Shown: positions 22,436 to 33,209, numbered from the stretch's first letter. The stretch: DNA of 64,000 bases from Gloeobacterales cyanobacterium (GCA_038245785.1 JBBRSB010000015.1:1-64000); one strand, 5' to 3'. Numbers and translations are program-made. The notes: generated by a model from the letters alone, not told the origin.

Positions 22436-23719
22436 TCACTTCAACTGGTCTTTTAGTTTTTCCTGCGTGTAGCCCTTAGGCAGATCGAGATAGACTTTTT
22501 GGCCTTCGGTCATGCCTTGGATGATTTGGGTTTCTTGACCGGAGGTAGGACCAATAGTGACGGGGACAAAGTTTGGCTTTTCGGGATCAGGACCGGGAGT
22601 GAGGACTCCTGTTTTTCCCTGACCTGTGACAATCGCCACAGTTGGAACGGCAAGAGCGCCAGGAATGGACTTGCCTACGAATAGAGCTGTTACGTTCATA
22701 CCAGAACGGAGTTTGTCCTGAGGCAACAGACGGACGCGCACCTGGAAACTGGTCACATTCTGAACGACTACCGCTTCTGGAGAAATCAGACGCACCACTC
22801 CAGCAAACACGCGCTCTGGAAAGGCTTCAGAACGGACTTCTACTTTTTGATTGGGAAGGATGGCCCCAATTTCTGCTTCGGGTACATCGGCTAACACTTC
22901 CAAAGTTCCAGCAATCGTCACCACTGAACTAGAGGTGGCGGAAGCGGTGGTCGAAGCCGTAGTCGTCGGCGTGACAATCGCGCCCTCAGTCGCATAACGC
23001 TGCGTGATCACTCCAGCGAAGGGAGCCCGCAGCACCGTGTCATTCAATTGACTTTGGATTACCGATAGTTGTCCTCGGGCCTGTTGAACCTGGGCTTGAG
23101 CTTCGGATATGTCCTGGCGGCGTGGGCCTTTTCTCAGTTCTTCCAGATTTTTAGAAGATTCTCTAACCTGAGCCTGGGCTTGTTCATAGGCTACGCGAGC
23201 CGCATCCAAGGCATCTTGAGAAATCGCGCCTGTTTGGAACAGTTCCTGATTCCGCTTATAGCGTGCTTGAGAGAGGGTTAAGCCTACCTTTAAGGACTCT
23301 AGACGAGCTTGGGCTTGACCTACTTGTTCAGTGCGGGTGCCTTCTTTCAGACGGTCCACGCGAGCCATCGATTGGGCGATTGTCCCTTGAACTTCTTGTA
23401 ACCGTCCTTCTAAATCAGAACGGTCCATCTGAGCAATCACCTGGCCTTTAACGACACGGTCCCCTTGTTCCACCAGAAGCCGAGCGAGACGACCAGCCGT
23501 TTTGGGACTAATGTTCACGGTTTTAACGGGTCGAACGGCCCCGGCTGCCGTGAGCGTAGTTTTCAGCGTTTTTCTGGTTACTGCTACCAATTTGCTGCTA
23601 TCTTCTGTCGTTTTTGGTTTGGGAAATAAAAACCAGACAGACGCTCCGATACCTAAAGCCGTACCCAAGAGCAGCCACCAGCGCTGTCGTGCAAATTTGA
23701 TCATTTCTTTAAATGCCAT
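22436..23719 (-). CDS. Efflux periplasmic adaptor (MacA/HlyD-like MFP)
   Basis: N-terminal TM, VNISPKTAGRL, coiled coil, APFAGVIT, LRSGMNV. Confidence 0.9.
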   Translation of the reverse strand: MAFKEMIKFARQRWWLLLGTALGIGASVWFLFPKPKTTEDSSKLVAVTRKTLKTTLTAAGAVRPVKTVNISPKTAGRLARLLVEQGDRVVKGQVIAQMDRSDLEGRLQEVQGTIAQSMARVDRLKEGTRTEQVGQAQARLESLKVGLTLSQARYKRNQELFQTGAISQDALDAARVAYEQAQAQVRESSKNLEELRKGPRRQDISEAQAQVQQARGQLSVIQSQLNDTVLRAPFAGVITQRYATEGAIVTPTTTASTTASATSSSVVTIAGTLEVLADVPEAEIGAILPNQKVEVRSEAFPERVFAGVVRLISPEAVVVQNVTSFQVRVRLLPQDKLRSGMNVTALFVGKSIPGALAVPTVAIVTGQGKTGVLTPGPDPEKPNFVPVTIGPTSGQETQIIQGMTEGQKVYLDLPKGYTQEKLKDQLK

Positions 23720-23724
23720 ATCGT

Positions 23725-24327
23725 TCAGACATGTCCATGTCCTTCTCCGGGCTGTAATTGCTGTGCTCTTTCCAGCCGCCAACGGTCATAGTCCTTGACT
23801 AAGTCCGTCAGCAAGATTCGTTTAATTCTGCTCAACACACCGTGCACAATGCTGCTACCTGCCGCCTCGACCACACTGAAGGGGGTCATTTGCAAAAAAG
23901 GAGGCAGGGGGAAAGTGATCCAGAGGTCAGCCTGACCTTGATACTGAGGATATTGCTCAGAGCCCATAGCCTGAAGGACGCCCTCAAACGAAAAATCTAT
24001 TTTGTCTGCCAGCCAATCATTATCAATAATTTGATGACTCAAAGAGCGCATATGCACGCTCCTGGGAGCATCCTTAGAGCTGGCAGAACCGACTGACCGG
24101 ATCTCTAACTCAATAAGTGGCTGCAAGACGAATCCCAGAGCGCCGATTGGTTTCATTCGGATACGCCAGCGGTCCTTTCCTAAATGCTTAATAGAAGCGG
24201 GATGGACCATATGCTCGACCATGCGTCGCGTTTGCAGCAGATAATCCTCGGCTTCTCGTAGCGTGCCGTTTACGGGGATATCTAGGGTTTCAGCAGCGGA
24301 GAATTTTAACAAAATGTCAGGTTGCAC
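23725..24327 (-). CDS. DUF1997 domain protein
   Basis: Family-like sequence ending LLTDLVKDYDRW. Confidence 0.75.
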   Translation of the reverse strand: MQPDILLKFSAAETLDIPVNGTLREAEDYLLQTRRMVEHMVHPASIKHLGKDRWRIRMKPIGALGFVLQPLIELEIRSVGSASSKDAPRSVHMRSLSHQIIDNDWLADKIDFSFEGVLQAMGSEQYPQYQGQADLWITFPLPPFLQMTPFSVVEAAGSSIVHGVLSRIKRILLTDLVKDYDRWRLERAQQLQPGEGHGHV

Positions 24328-24357
24328 TCTTTATCTATCTTAACGAGCTGGAGAGTG

Positions 24358-25272
24358 CTAAGGCTTAAACCTTTGATAGATATCACTGGCAGCCTGATGC
24401 AAAATCGCATGACGGGCTACCAAAGCGTTCATATTGTCGTCGTAGCCGCCGCCAATTACCGCTGCTACAGGATATCCCAGGGCCAGTGCCGTACTGAGAA
24501 CTTCCACATCCCGACGATAAAGTCCTTCATCTGTTAGCTTGAGCTTACCCAGACGGTCTGCATGATGGGGGTCTACGCCAGCATCGTAGAAAATCAGGTC
24601 TGGATGTACGCTTTTCATCAAGCCCAACAGGTGGCTTTTCAAGACTTGGATATAGACATCGTCTCCCATGCCTTGGGGCAAGGAAACATCTAGATCACTC
24701 TTTTGCTTATGCCCAGGGAAATTTTCTTCGCAATGCATAGAGAACGTAAAGACCGAAGGGTCATCCCGGAAAATAAAGGCAGTACCATCGCCTTGATGCA
24801 CGTCCAAATCGATAATCAAGACTTTTTGAATCAAACCCTCTTGCTGAAGGACACGGGTAGCAATTGCCATGTCGTTAAAGATGCAAAAGCCAGAACCATA
24901 ATCAGGGAAAGCATGATGGGTTCCTCCAGCCGTATTGCACGCCAGGCCAGAGGATAGAGCCAAGCGAGCGGTGAGGACCGTCCCGCCTACGGCAGTGCAG
25001 GTCCGATCGGCCAAACCGGGATTCCAGGGCAGCCCAATCCTGCGTAGGGCTTTCGGGTCCAGCGTCCCTTCACAAAAATCTTGTACATAGCTAGGGTTGT
25101 GAACCAGGCAAAGCCAGTCACGGGGCGCAATGTGAGGACAGTGAAATTGCTCAGGCGTCGCAATCCCGTTTTGTAGCAGCCGCTGATGCAAAAGCGCAAA
25201 CTTACTCATCGGGAAGCGGTGTCCCTGGGGCATCGCTGTCACATAGTCCGGACTATAAACTAAAGGCAACAT
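24358..25272 (-). CDS. Histone deacetylase-family protein
   Basis: HRFPMSKF, GGTHHA, GFCIFND, DLDVHQGDG, IGGGY. Confidence 0.95.
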   Translation of the reverse strand: MLPLVYSPDYVTAMPQGHRFPMSKFALLHQRLLQNGIATPEQFHCPHIAPRDWLCLVHNPSYVQDFCEGTLDPKALRRIGLPWNPGLADRTCTAVGGTVLTARLALSSGLACNTAGGTHHAFPDYGSGFCIFNDMAIATRVLQQEGLIQKVLIIDLDVHQGDGTAFIFRDDPSVFTFSMHCEENFPGHKQKSDLDVSLPQGMGDDVYIQVLKSHLLGLMKSVHPDLIFYDAGVDPHHADRLGKLKLTDEGLYRRDVEVLSTALALGYPVAAVIGGGYDDNMNALVARHAILHQAASDIYQRFKP

Positions 25273-25275
25273 GGG

Positions 25276-26175
25276 CTACCACCAACCCCGGTATTTAAAC
25301 CAGGCCAGCATTGAGCCTGTAATCGTGACCGTTCCCCCAATCACCCACCAAAAAGCGTGGGGATTGTTGTTCAACCCATAGGGCAAGGGCACATTCATCC
25401 CGAAAATGCCGGAAATGAGCGTAGGGACAACAAATAAGGTTCCAATCAAGGCTAAAAGTTTGGCTACATCATTCGTGCGGTTGGAAAGAGAAGTCAGGTA
25501 AATGTCCAGGATGCCAGTCAGTAGGTCTCGATAGCTTTCTACCAGTTCTTGCGCCCGAAGCACATGGTCATAGACATCCCGTAAGTAGGGCTGCATTGCC
25601 CGTGGAATCAATTCATTGTCATAGCGCAAAAGTGTGTTGAGCATTTCTCGCTGGAACCCGACGGCCCGACGAAAGGTGATCAGGCTCCGTTTGAGGGTGA
25701 AAACATTTTCTAAAAATTTGTTAGAAGGGCCTTCGTAGGCCTGATCTTCCAAGATATCGATCTGCTCTCCAATGGCATCAAGGACGGGCAAATATTGATC
25801 TACGGTGTTGTCGATCAAGGCATGGAACAGACGACCGCTGGTTGTGATCGAGAAGCGCGAGGCATCTCTGCTGGAAAGGTCTACAGGGTTACAAGGCTGC
25901 TTATGAACACTGACCAAATAATCTTTACCGAGAAAAACGCCTACCTCTTGAATCTCCAAATCCATAGAGGTGGGGTCCAAGCGGAGGGGATTGAAAATGA
26001 TAAACAAATGTTCGCCATAGTCATCAATCTTGGCGAGCTGTAGCCCATTGCGGCAATCTTCCAGGGCCAAAGGATGGAAGTGCAAAGTCTGGGCTATTTC
26101 ATTGAACTCTGGATCTTCGGGGTTATCGAAGTCTGTCCAGCGGACTCCCCCAACTATTTCTGTTTTCAAAGACAT
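25276..26175 (-). CDS. corA: Magnesium/cobalt transporter CorA
   Basis: FHPLALED, RDVYDH, GIFGMN signature, two C-terminal TMs; start could be 26199. Confidence 0.93.
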   Translation of the reverse strand: MSLKTEIVGGVRWTDFDNPEDPEFNEIAQTLHFHPLALEDCRNGLQLAKIDDYGEHLFIIFNPLRLDPTSMDLEIQEVGVFLGKDYLVSVHKQPCNPVDLSSRDASRFSITTSGRLFHALIDNTVDQYLPVLDAIGEQIDILEDQAYEGPSNKFLENVFTLKRSLITFRRAVGFQREMLNTLLRYDNELIPRAMQPYLRDVYDHVLRAQELVESYRDLLTGILDIYLTSLSNRTNDVAKLLALIGTLFVVPTLISGIFGMNVPLPYGLNNNPHAFWWVIGGTVTITGSMLAWFKYRGWW

Positions 26176-26239
26176 GATCCATGGGGTCACATCCTCCATG
26201 ATATGGATTCTTGTCACATACCAGAAACTAACGTTCTGC

Positions 26240-26293
26240 AAAATTCCACCAGGAACCTTGGCATCTATCTGGAGACAAGCAGAACTAAAATAA
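26240..26293 (+). pseudogene. C-terminal remnant of HicA toxin
   Basis: KIPPGTLASIWRQAELK* directly upstream of hicB matches the HicA C-terminus; no N-terminal GSH motif. Confidence 0.7.
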
Positions 26294-26297
26294 CATT

Positions 26298-26513
26298 ATG
26301 AAAGATTATGCTGTCATTTATGAGCAGGGCGAGAATAACTGGGGGGCGATAGTTCCAGACTTGCCTGGCTGCGTCAGTATTGGAGACACACTCGAAGAAG
26401 TCCAGAACAATGTAAAAGGAGCTATTGAACTCTACCTAGAAGTTCTTCTGGAGCGTGACGAAGCAATCCCGGAACCAAAGCACAGAGCTGGAACCGTTAC
26501 CGTCGTAGCGTAA
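26298..26513 (+). CDS. hicB: HicB-family antitoxin
   Basis: VPDLPGCVSIGDTLEE...AIELYLE...IPEP. Confidence 0.93.
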   Translation: MKDYAVIYEQGENNWGAIVPDLPGCVSIGDTLEEVQNNVKGAIELYLEVLLERDEAIPEPKHRAGTVTVVA

Positions 26514-26562
26514 GGCCAGAGGATATAGACGCAGCGGAGATCTGAAAGGGATTTGCGTCACC

Positions 26563-26926
26563 CTTGGCAAGCTGTAGTCCATTGTGGCCATCTTCCATGG
26601 CCAAAGGATAGAAGTGTAAGGTCCGCTCCATTTCATCGAACGCTGGATCTTATCGAAGTCCGTCCAACGAATGCCCCCAACCCGTTCTGTTTTCAAAGTC
26701 ACGATTCATGTAGGCACACATTCTATGATGTGAACTCTTGCCACGGACTAGAAGCCAATGTTCTGCCATATTCCCTCAGATACCCTGATATTTGTCTGGG
26801 GAAAAGCAAGAATAAGATAAATACTATGAAAGATTATGCCGCTACTTATGAGCTGGGCCATAATAATTGGGTACAATCGTTCCAAAACTGCCTGACTGCA
26901 CCAGTATTGGAAATAACCTCAACGAA
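26563..26926 (+). repeat. Degenerate direct duplication of 26029-26399 (corA 5' end, hicA remnant, hicB 5' end)
   Basis: Colinear similarity with many substitutions and indels; second MKDYA.. start at 26826 is frameshifted. Confidence 0.85.
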
Positions 26927-26950
26927 TCTGTCGCCTGTGGAAAGTGATTA

Positions 26951-29620
26951 ATGATTCTCCCCCTGTACACACTGTTGATTGTTGAAGATTCCCCGGCAGA
27001 CCAAGCGCTATATAAGCGTTACCTGAAGTCAGACGCAAGCTGTCGTTATCGCTTGTTGAAAGCAAAATCAGCCGTGGAAGGGGTGGAGTTGTGCCGAACT
27101 AGTAAAGTAGATGCTGTGCTGCTCGGTTGCTCTCTGTCTAGCGTAGAGGGGTTAACCTTTCTAGAATCGTTATATGCCCAAGGTCAGGTTGGTCGTCCAT
27201 CCGTCGTCATGGTAGCGGCTGAAGGAGACACAAGCATTGCAGTACGCACCATCAAATCAGGTGCAGAAGACTATTTAGTTAAGCAGGCTCTTACGCCCGA
27301 ACTACTGCAGTTAGCGATCCAAAGTGCGGCCGAGAAAGCCCGCTTGCGGCTTCAATTGCAGGAGGATGACGAGGGCTTTCGGGTGTTCATTCAACACTCT
27401 CAGGAATTTGAGGAGCATTTAAGCATAGGGATTCAAGTTGCAGGTGTCGCGCTTGCTAAGTTTGATTACGCCTCAGATCGGGTCGCACTTTCGCCGAAAG
27501 CTGCCGCTATGTATGGATTCGCCGCTGACGAGTTAGAAGTATCACGCGATCGCATCCACGCTACGTTCCACCCAGACGAAAGCAGCGAACTCTTGGAAAT
27601 TATCAAGCAGGTGCTGAATCCCCATGGTGCGGGTTGGTTTGCCCGCGAGCATCGTGTAGTTTGGCCGAGCGGTGAAGTCCGCTGGTTGAACGTCCGCAAA
27701 CAAGTTTTTTTCGACCGTTCTGATGAAGTTCCCCGTCCGAATTATGCGCTTTTAGCCGCGATCGATGTCACCGAGCGCAAACGGGTAGAAGCCGAAATTA
27801 GCCAGCGTGAATCCCAAGTTCGTCGAGTCCTCAACAGCTTGTTTAGTTTCGTGGGCGTTATGACCCCAGACGGGACGTTGATTGAAGCCAATCGAACCGC
27901 CTTAGAAGCCGCTTCGCTGTCTTCGGAAGATGTGTTGGGTAAACCCTTCCCGGATGCCTACTGGTGGTCTTACGATTCAGAGATTCAAGATCAACTGCGG
28001 GAGGCGATTCAACAAGCAGCAACCGGAGAATCGGTTCGTTATGATGTGCAGGTTCGCTTAGGAGAAGACCGCTTTATCACCATCGATTTTGGCATAGCGC
28101 CTTTATTCGATGATGAAGGACACGTTGAGTTTCTAATTCCTTCCGGCATTGACATCACCGAGCGTAAACGGTCAGAATCGGCATTACGGGAAAGCGAACG
28201 TAAGTTCAGTGCCATTTTTGACCAAACCTTTGAGTTTATTGGACTATTAAGCCTTGATGGGGTCTTGCTAGAAGTTAATCAATCGGCACTAGACTCAATC
28301 GCCGCTCAGAAGAACGATATCGTCGGTAAAAAATTCTGGGAAACCCCCTGGTGGAGACATTCTCAAGAGCTGCAGCAACAACTAAGAGAATCCATCAAGC
28401 AGGCAGCCAATGGGGAATTTGTTCGCTATCAAGTGGCATTTCCTGATGGTAATGGCGAGATCATGATTACAAACTTTTCCCTCAAACCTGTTTTTGATGA
28501 AGCAGGGCGAGTCGTGACGATCGTGGGGGAAGGGTATGATATCACCGATCTCAAACGCACAGAAGCGGCATTACTAGAGAGCGAAAATCGATTCCGCACT
28601 CTGGCCGATAATATCTCGCAGCTGGCATGGATGGCGGACGCAAGCGGTTGGATTTTCTGGTACAACCGCCGTTGGTTTGATTACACGGGTACAACTTTGG
28701 ACCAAATGCAGGGATGGGGATGGCGGCAAGCCCATCATCCCGAACATCTCGATCGTGTGGTCGAGCGGTTCCGCTCCTGTATAGAAACAGGTAAGAAATG
28801 GGAAGATACGTTCCCGCTGCGAGGTCAAGACGGAACCTACCGTTGGTTCCTGTCGCGGGCCATCCCGATCATTAATGCAGAAGGACAGATTCTGCGCTGG
28901 TTTGGCACCAATACTGATATTACCGATCTCCAATCCGCCCAAGCAACTCTGGAAAAACGAAATCAGGAGTTAGACAGCTTTGTCCATATTGTTTCCCACG
29001 ACCTCAAAGCTCCCCTGCGAGCCATTGCCAATCTATCCCAGTGGATCGAAGAAGACCTAGAAGGATCACTGTCAGCAGATACCCAGGAGCAAATGACACT
29101 GTTGCGCAGCCGAGTGTATCGGATGGCTGCCATGATCGATGGACTGCTCAACTATGCTCGTGTGGGACGAACGGACTCCACGATCGAGCTGGTTGCCGTG
29201 GAAGAACTGCTGTTTGAGGTAATTGACTCCGTTGCTCCCCCGCCCACATTCACCCTTACCATCCCACCAAATCTGCCAATCCTTTACACAAAACGCCTGC
29301 TGATATCTCAGGTGTTTGCTAATCTGATTGGAAATGCGCTCAAACATCATGACCGTATAGATGGCTCAGTGCATGTTTCTGTAGAAGACCAAGGCGATTT
29401 CTATGAATTTGCAGTCGCTGATGATGGGCCAGGAATCGCTCTGGATTATCAAAAAAATATTTTTACAATTTTCCGGACAGGAAATCCTCAAAATAGTCAA
29501 GATAGTACAGGCATTGGACTAGCGATTGTCAAAAAAATTGTTGAATCTGAAGCAGGGTCTATTCATCTAGAGTCCCAGATTGGCAAGGGCGCAACTTTCT
29601 ACTTCACTTGGCCTAAGTAA
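26951..29620 (+). CDS. Sensor histidine kinase: REC-like domain, about 4 PAS/PAC, HisKA, HATPase
   Basis: LLIVEDS, repeated PAC motifs (DITERK), SHDLKAPL, NLIGNA, DDGPG, GIGL. Confidence 0.93.
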   Translation: MILPLYTLLIVEDSPADQALYKRYLKSDASCRYRLLKAKSAVEGVELCRTSKVDAVLLGCSLSSVEGLTFLESLYAQGQVGRPSVVMVAAEGDTSIAVRTIKSGAEDYLVKQALTPELLQLAIQSAAEKARLRLQLQEDDEGFRVFIQHSQEFEEHLSIGIQVAGVALAKFDYASDRVALSPKAAAMYGFAADELEVSRDRIHATFHPDESSELLEIIKQVLNPHGAGWFAREHRVVWPSGEVRWLNVRKQVFFDRSDEVPRPNYALLAAIDVTERKRVEAEISQRESQVRRVLNSLFSFVGVMTPDGTLIEANRTALEAASLSSEDVLGKPFPDAYWWSYDSEIQDQLREAIQQAATGESVRYDVQVRLGEDRFITIDFGIAPLFDDEGHVEFLIPSGIDITERKRSESALRESERKFSAIFDQTFEFIGLLSLDGVLLEVNQSALDSIAAQKNDIVGKKFWETPWWRHSQELQQQLRESIKQAANGEFVRYQVAFPDGNGEIMITNFSLKPVFDEAGRVVTIVGEGYDITDLKRTEAALLESENRFRTLADNISQLAWMADASGWIFWYNRRWFDYTGTTLDQMQGWGWRQAHHPEHLDRVVERFRSCIETGKKWEDTFPLRGQDGTYRWFLSRAIPIINAEGQILRWFGTNTDITDLQSAQATLEKRNQELDSFVHIVSHDLKAPLRAIANLSQWIEEDLEGSLSADTQEQMTLLRSRVYRMAAMIDGLLNYARVGRTDSTIELVAVEELLFEVIDSVAPPPTFTLTIPPNLPILYTKRLLISQVFANLIGNALKHHDRIDGSVHVSVEDQGDFYEFAVADDGPGIALDYQKNIFTIFRTGNPQNSQDSTGIGLAIVKKIVESEAGSIHLESQIGKGATFYFTWPK

Positions 29621-29660
29621 TAGCGAATGGATGCTTAGGGATTTTTAACTAATTGCCTAT

Positions 29661-30143
29661 ATGAAATTCAACTACGCTCTTGATTTTGCCAACCTTGATT
29701 TCAGAAAACAACCCGAACTCTACTGTGTAGGTAAGGGCGAACAAGGTGTACTCCTTGTCGAACCCTACAAGAGTGAGATCCTACCTCACTGGAGATTTAA
29801 AACACCTCAGATTGCTCGCAGCTCAGCCCATAAGATTTATCAGATGTTTCTAGACTACAAAGCAAAAGAAGATTTTGTAGGAATGGACATGGCTCGTAAG
29901 TTTCTGCAAATGGGTTACACCAGATCGCGAAGATATGCGAATCACAAGTCGGGGCGAAAGTACGCCGAAGACAGCAAAACGGTATTGCCGCGCGAAGAAG
30001 ACCTGGAAAAGGCAGAATCAGCGAATATATTCTACGAGCAGTGGCAAAAGGTAAAAGAAGATAAAAGGTACCTGGAATTAAAGCAAAGGCACCAAGAAAT
30101 GTACGGAGAGCAAGACACACCAAGCAGCGGCGGAAGGAGTTAG
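29661..30143 (+). CDS. DUF4385 domain protein
   Basis: GKGEQGVLLVEPYKSEILPHWRFKT, DMARKFLQMGYTRSRRYANH. Confidence 0.9.
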   Translation: MKFNYALDFANLDFRKQPELYCVGKGEQGVLLVEPYKSEILPHWRFKTPQIARSSAHKIYQMFLDYKAKEDFVGMDMARKFLQMGYTRSRRYANHKSGRKYAEDSKTVLPREEDLEKAESANIFYEQWQKVKEDKRYLELKQRHQEMYGEQDTPSSGGRS

Positions 30144-30260
30144 GGTTATGGTCAGACCACTGACAAATTTTTGTTAAAGCTCCTTAATATCTTGCTCCCT
30201 CTGGTTTGCTTTGCTATGTTTATGGATCTAAACTAATAATAAATAAAGAGGAGAAATCGA

Positions 30261-32729
30261 ATGTCAACGAGCACTCCAAGAATTTTGCAAAATAATACAC
30301 AATATGTAGAAGATGATGACAAATTAATACTTTGGTTTCAGGAAATTGGAATTCATGATATCGCTAAAGTCGGAGGTAAGAATGCTTCATTAGGAGAAAT
30401 GATTCAAGAACTTTCCGAAGGTCAAGAACCTGTGAGTGTTCCCAATGGATTTGCAATCACAGCTCAGGCCTATTATTTCTTCATTAAACAAGCAAAAATA
30501 GAGCAAAAACTCAGGGATATTTTTGCTGATTTAGATACGAATGATATGCATAATTTGCATCAACGCGGTGCTCAAGCTCGTGCCTTAATTCTACAGGCTA
30601 CCTTTCCACCTGCGCTAGAGCAAGAAATTAGTAATGCATACCAAAAACTCTGCGAAGAATATGGCCCAAACACTGACTGTGCAGTGCGTTCCAGCGCCAC
30701 TGCAGAAGACCTGCCGGATGCCAGCTTTGCCGGTCAGCAAGAGACCTATCTCAATGTCCACGGCGAGAAAAATATTCTAGAAGCCTGTAAAAAATGCTTT
30801 GCTTCTCTATTCACAGACCGGGCTATTTCCTATCGACAAACGAAAGGCTTTGACCATTTCGCCATAGGACTTTCTATCGGTGTCCAGAAGATGGTGCGTT
30901 CGGACTTAGCCTGTTCCGGCGTGATGTTTTCTATTGATACAGAAACAGGTTTCCAAAATGCAGTTCTGATCAGTGCTGCCTATGGTTTAGGAGAAAATGT
31001 AGTCCAGGGAACCGTGAACCCCGATGAATATGTTGTTTTCAAACCCACGCTAAGCCAGGGCTATAGACCGATTCTAAATAAAAGCTTGGGCAGCAAAGAA
31101 CTGAAAATGATCTATGACCTTGGAGGGTCCAAAGTTACTAAAAATGTCAAGGTTCCTATTGCAGAGCGTCAGCGTTTTGCTCTAGAGGATGAAGATATTC
31201 TTTGTCTGGCCCGTTGGGCTTGCATCATTGAAGACCACTATAGCCGCGTCCGCCAGACTCCTACGCCCATGGATATGGAATGGGCCAAGGATGGCATCAC
31301 GGGTGAACTGTTTATTGTTCAAGCCCGCCCTGAAACGGTGCAGTCGCAGAAATCCAAAAATGTTCTGCGTAGCTATCACCTTCTCAATGGTCAAGCAGCC
31401 ACCGCGAAGGTCTTAGTGCGGGGCCGCAGTGTCGGGGAAGCGATCGGTCAGGGCAGCGTGCGGGTGATTCGGGACGCACAAAACTTAGGTCAATTCCAAG
31501 CTGGAGAAGTGCTGGTCACCGATAGAACGGACCCTGACTGGGAACCGATCATGAAAAAGGCAGCGGCTATCGTGACCAACCAGGGCGGGCGGGTTTGTCA
31601 TGCGGCGATTATTGCTCGTGAATTGGGGATTCCGGCGATTGTTGGCACAGAGGACGGCACCGACCTTTTGAAAACAGGTCAAGAGGTGACGGTTTCTTGC
31701 TCTGAGGGAGAAGAGGGCAGAGTCTATGAAGGCCTGCTGCCCTTTGAAGTTCAAGAGACGGACCTGGGAGAACTGCCGTCCACTCGCACGCCTTTGATGA
31801 TGAATGTGGGCAATCCGGAAGAAGCCTTTAGCCTCTCGGCCATTCCCAATGATGGTGTCGGTTTGGCTCGCTTGGAGTTCATCATTGCCAACCGAATTAA
31901 AATTCATCCCTTAGCCCTCGTCCACTATCCCAACCTTTGCAGCATTGAGGGAGAGCCTGATACGCAGCTTTGCAAAGAGATAGAAAGGCTGACCTTAGGC
32001 TATGACAATAAGCCTGACTTCTTTGTGGACAAGCTCGCTCAAGGCGTGGGCATTATTGGAGCCGCCTTTTATCCAAAGCCTGTCATTGTAAGGCTTTCAG
32101 ATTTCAAGAGCAATGAATATGCCAATCTTCTCGGCGGCAAGACGTTTGAGCCCCACGAAGAGAACCCGATGCTGGGTTGGCGGGGCGCTTCTCGCTACTA
32201 TGACGAGCAATATCGGGAAGGTTTTGCTCTGGAATGTCGGGCGATGAAACGGGTCCGCGATGAGATGGGTTTAACCAATGTCATTTTGATGATTCCTTTC
32301 TGCCGCACCCCCGATGAAGGCCGTAGAGTTCTGGCAGAGATGGCCAAACATGGCCTCGTCCGGGGCGAAAATGGCCTGGAAGTTTACGTCATGTGCGAAT
32401 TGCCGAGCAATGTCCTGATGGCCGATGAATTTGCGGAAGTCTTTGATGGCTTTTCCATCGGCTCCAATGACCTCACGCAGCTAACCTTAGGCCTTGACCG
32501 TGATTCTGCTCTGGTAGCTCATCTTTTCGATGAACGCAACGAAGCAGTCAAACGGTTGATATCGATGGTGATTGCCACGGCTAAAAAGCACGGACGCAAA
32601 ATTGGCATCTGCGGTCAAGCCCCCAGCGACTATCCAGAATTTGCTCGATTCCTCGTAGAGCAAGGGATTGATTCTATGAGTCTGAATCCAGATTCTGTGA
32701 TTAAAACGCGGCTTGCCTTGGCGGAATAA
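30261..32729 (+). CDS. ppsA: Phosphoenolpyruvate synthase
   Basis: VGGKNASLGEM, RSSATAEDLPDASFAGQQET, CHAAIIARE, SIGSNDLTQ. Confidence 0.97.
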   Translation: MSTSTPRILQNNTQYVEDDDKLILWFQEIGIHDIAKVGGKNASLGEMIQELSEGQEPVSVPNGFAITAQAYYFFIKQAKIEQKLRDIFADLDTNDMHNLHQRGAQARALILQATFPPALEQEISNAYQKLCEEYGPNTDCAVRSSATAEDLPDASFAGQQETYLNVHGEKNILEACKKCFASLFTDRAISYRQTKGFDHFAIGLSIGVQKMVRSDLACSGVMFSIDTETGFQNAVLISAAYGLGENVVQGTVNPDEYVVFKPTLSQGYRPILNKSLGSKELKMIYDLGGSKVTKNVKVPIAERQRFALEDEDILCLARWACIIEDHYSRVRQTPTPMDMEWAKDGITGELFIVQARPETVQSQKSKNVLRSYHLLNGQAATAKVLVRGRSVGEAIGQGSVRVIRDAQNLGQFQAGEVLVTDRTDPDWEPIMKKAAAIVTNQGGRVCHAAIIARELGIPAIVGTEDGTDLLKTGQEVTVSCSEGEEGRVYEGLLPFEVQETDLGELPSTRTPLMMNVGNPEEAFSLSAIPNDGVGLARLEFIIANRIKIHPLALVHYPNLCSIEGEPDTQLCKEIERLTLGYDNKPDFFVDKLAQGVGIIGAAFYPKPVIVRLSDFKSNEYANLLGGKTFEPHEENPMLGWRGASRYYDEQYREGFALECRAMKRVRDEMGLTNVILMIPFCRTPDEGRRVLAEMAKHGLVRGENGLEVYVMCELPSNVLMADEFAEVFDGFSIGSNDLTQLTLGLDRDSALVAHLFDERNEAVKRLISMVIATAKKHGRKIGICGQAPSDYPEFARFLVEQGIDSMSLNPDSVIKTRLALAE

Positions 32730-32809
32730 CAAAAACAAACGCTCACTTTGCTTCATGAAGTAGTTCTATTAAATCTGCAGGGATAGACATACTCACTGCA
32801 GCGTTGACT

Positions 32810-33166
32810 CTACTTGTTCCCAACCTTTGCCTTATCAGAAATTTGTAACGGCTCAATTTTAGGATACCGCTTGCCTTTGGGCGCTACAAAGTGAACTTCA
32901 AGGGTATAACCAGCTCCAGCAGCAAGCTTAGTCAGCGTCTCAAGCTTGGGAATCTGTTTTCCTGACTCAATTCGGGCAAGCTGGGGCTGCTTAATGCCAA
33001 TTCGCCTAGCAAATTCTCGCTGACTCAAACCACTTGCCTTTCTCAAAGCAATGACTTGCCGCACCAGGTTAAATTCTGCCTCTAATGCGTCGTATTCAGC
33101 TTTTACGTCTGGATCTGCCAGTACCTGATCGCGGATGGAGTCCCAGGAAATGGTGTTAGTGGTCAT
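32810..33166 (-). CDS. HigA-like XRE HTH antitoxin
   Basis: LSQREFARRIGIKQPQLARIESG; downstream of a RelE-type toxin. Confidence 0.88.
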   Translation of the reverse strand: MTTNTISWDSIRDQVLADPDVKAEYDALEAEFNLVRQVIALRKASGLSQREFARRIGIKQPQLARIESGKQIPKLETLTKLAAGAGYTLEVHFVAPKGKRYPKIEPLQISDKAKVGNK

Positions 33167-33209
33167 GACTGCTTACCTTTTTTGTGGGAATTAGCTTGTG
33201 TCTGAGATG

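Noticed and set aside
26436..26951. ORFs 26436-26702 (-) and 26553-26951 (+) as genuine genes
   Set aside because: They are chance frames through the decayed corA/hicB duplication.
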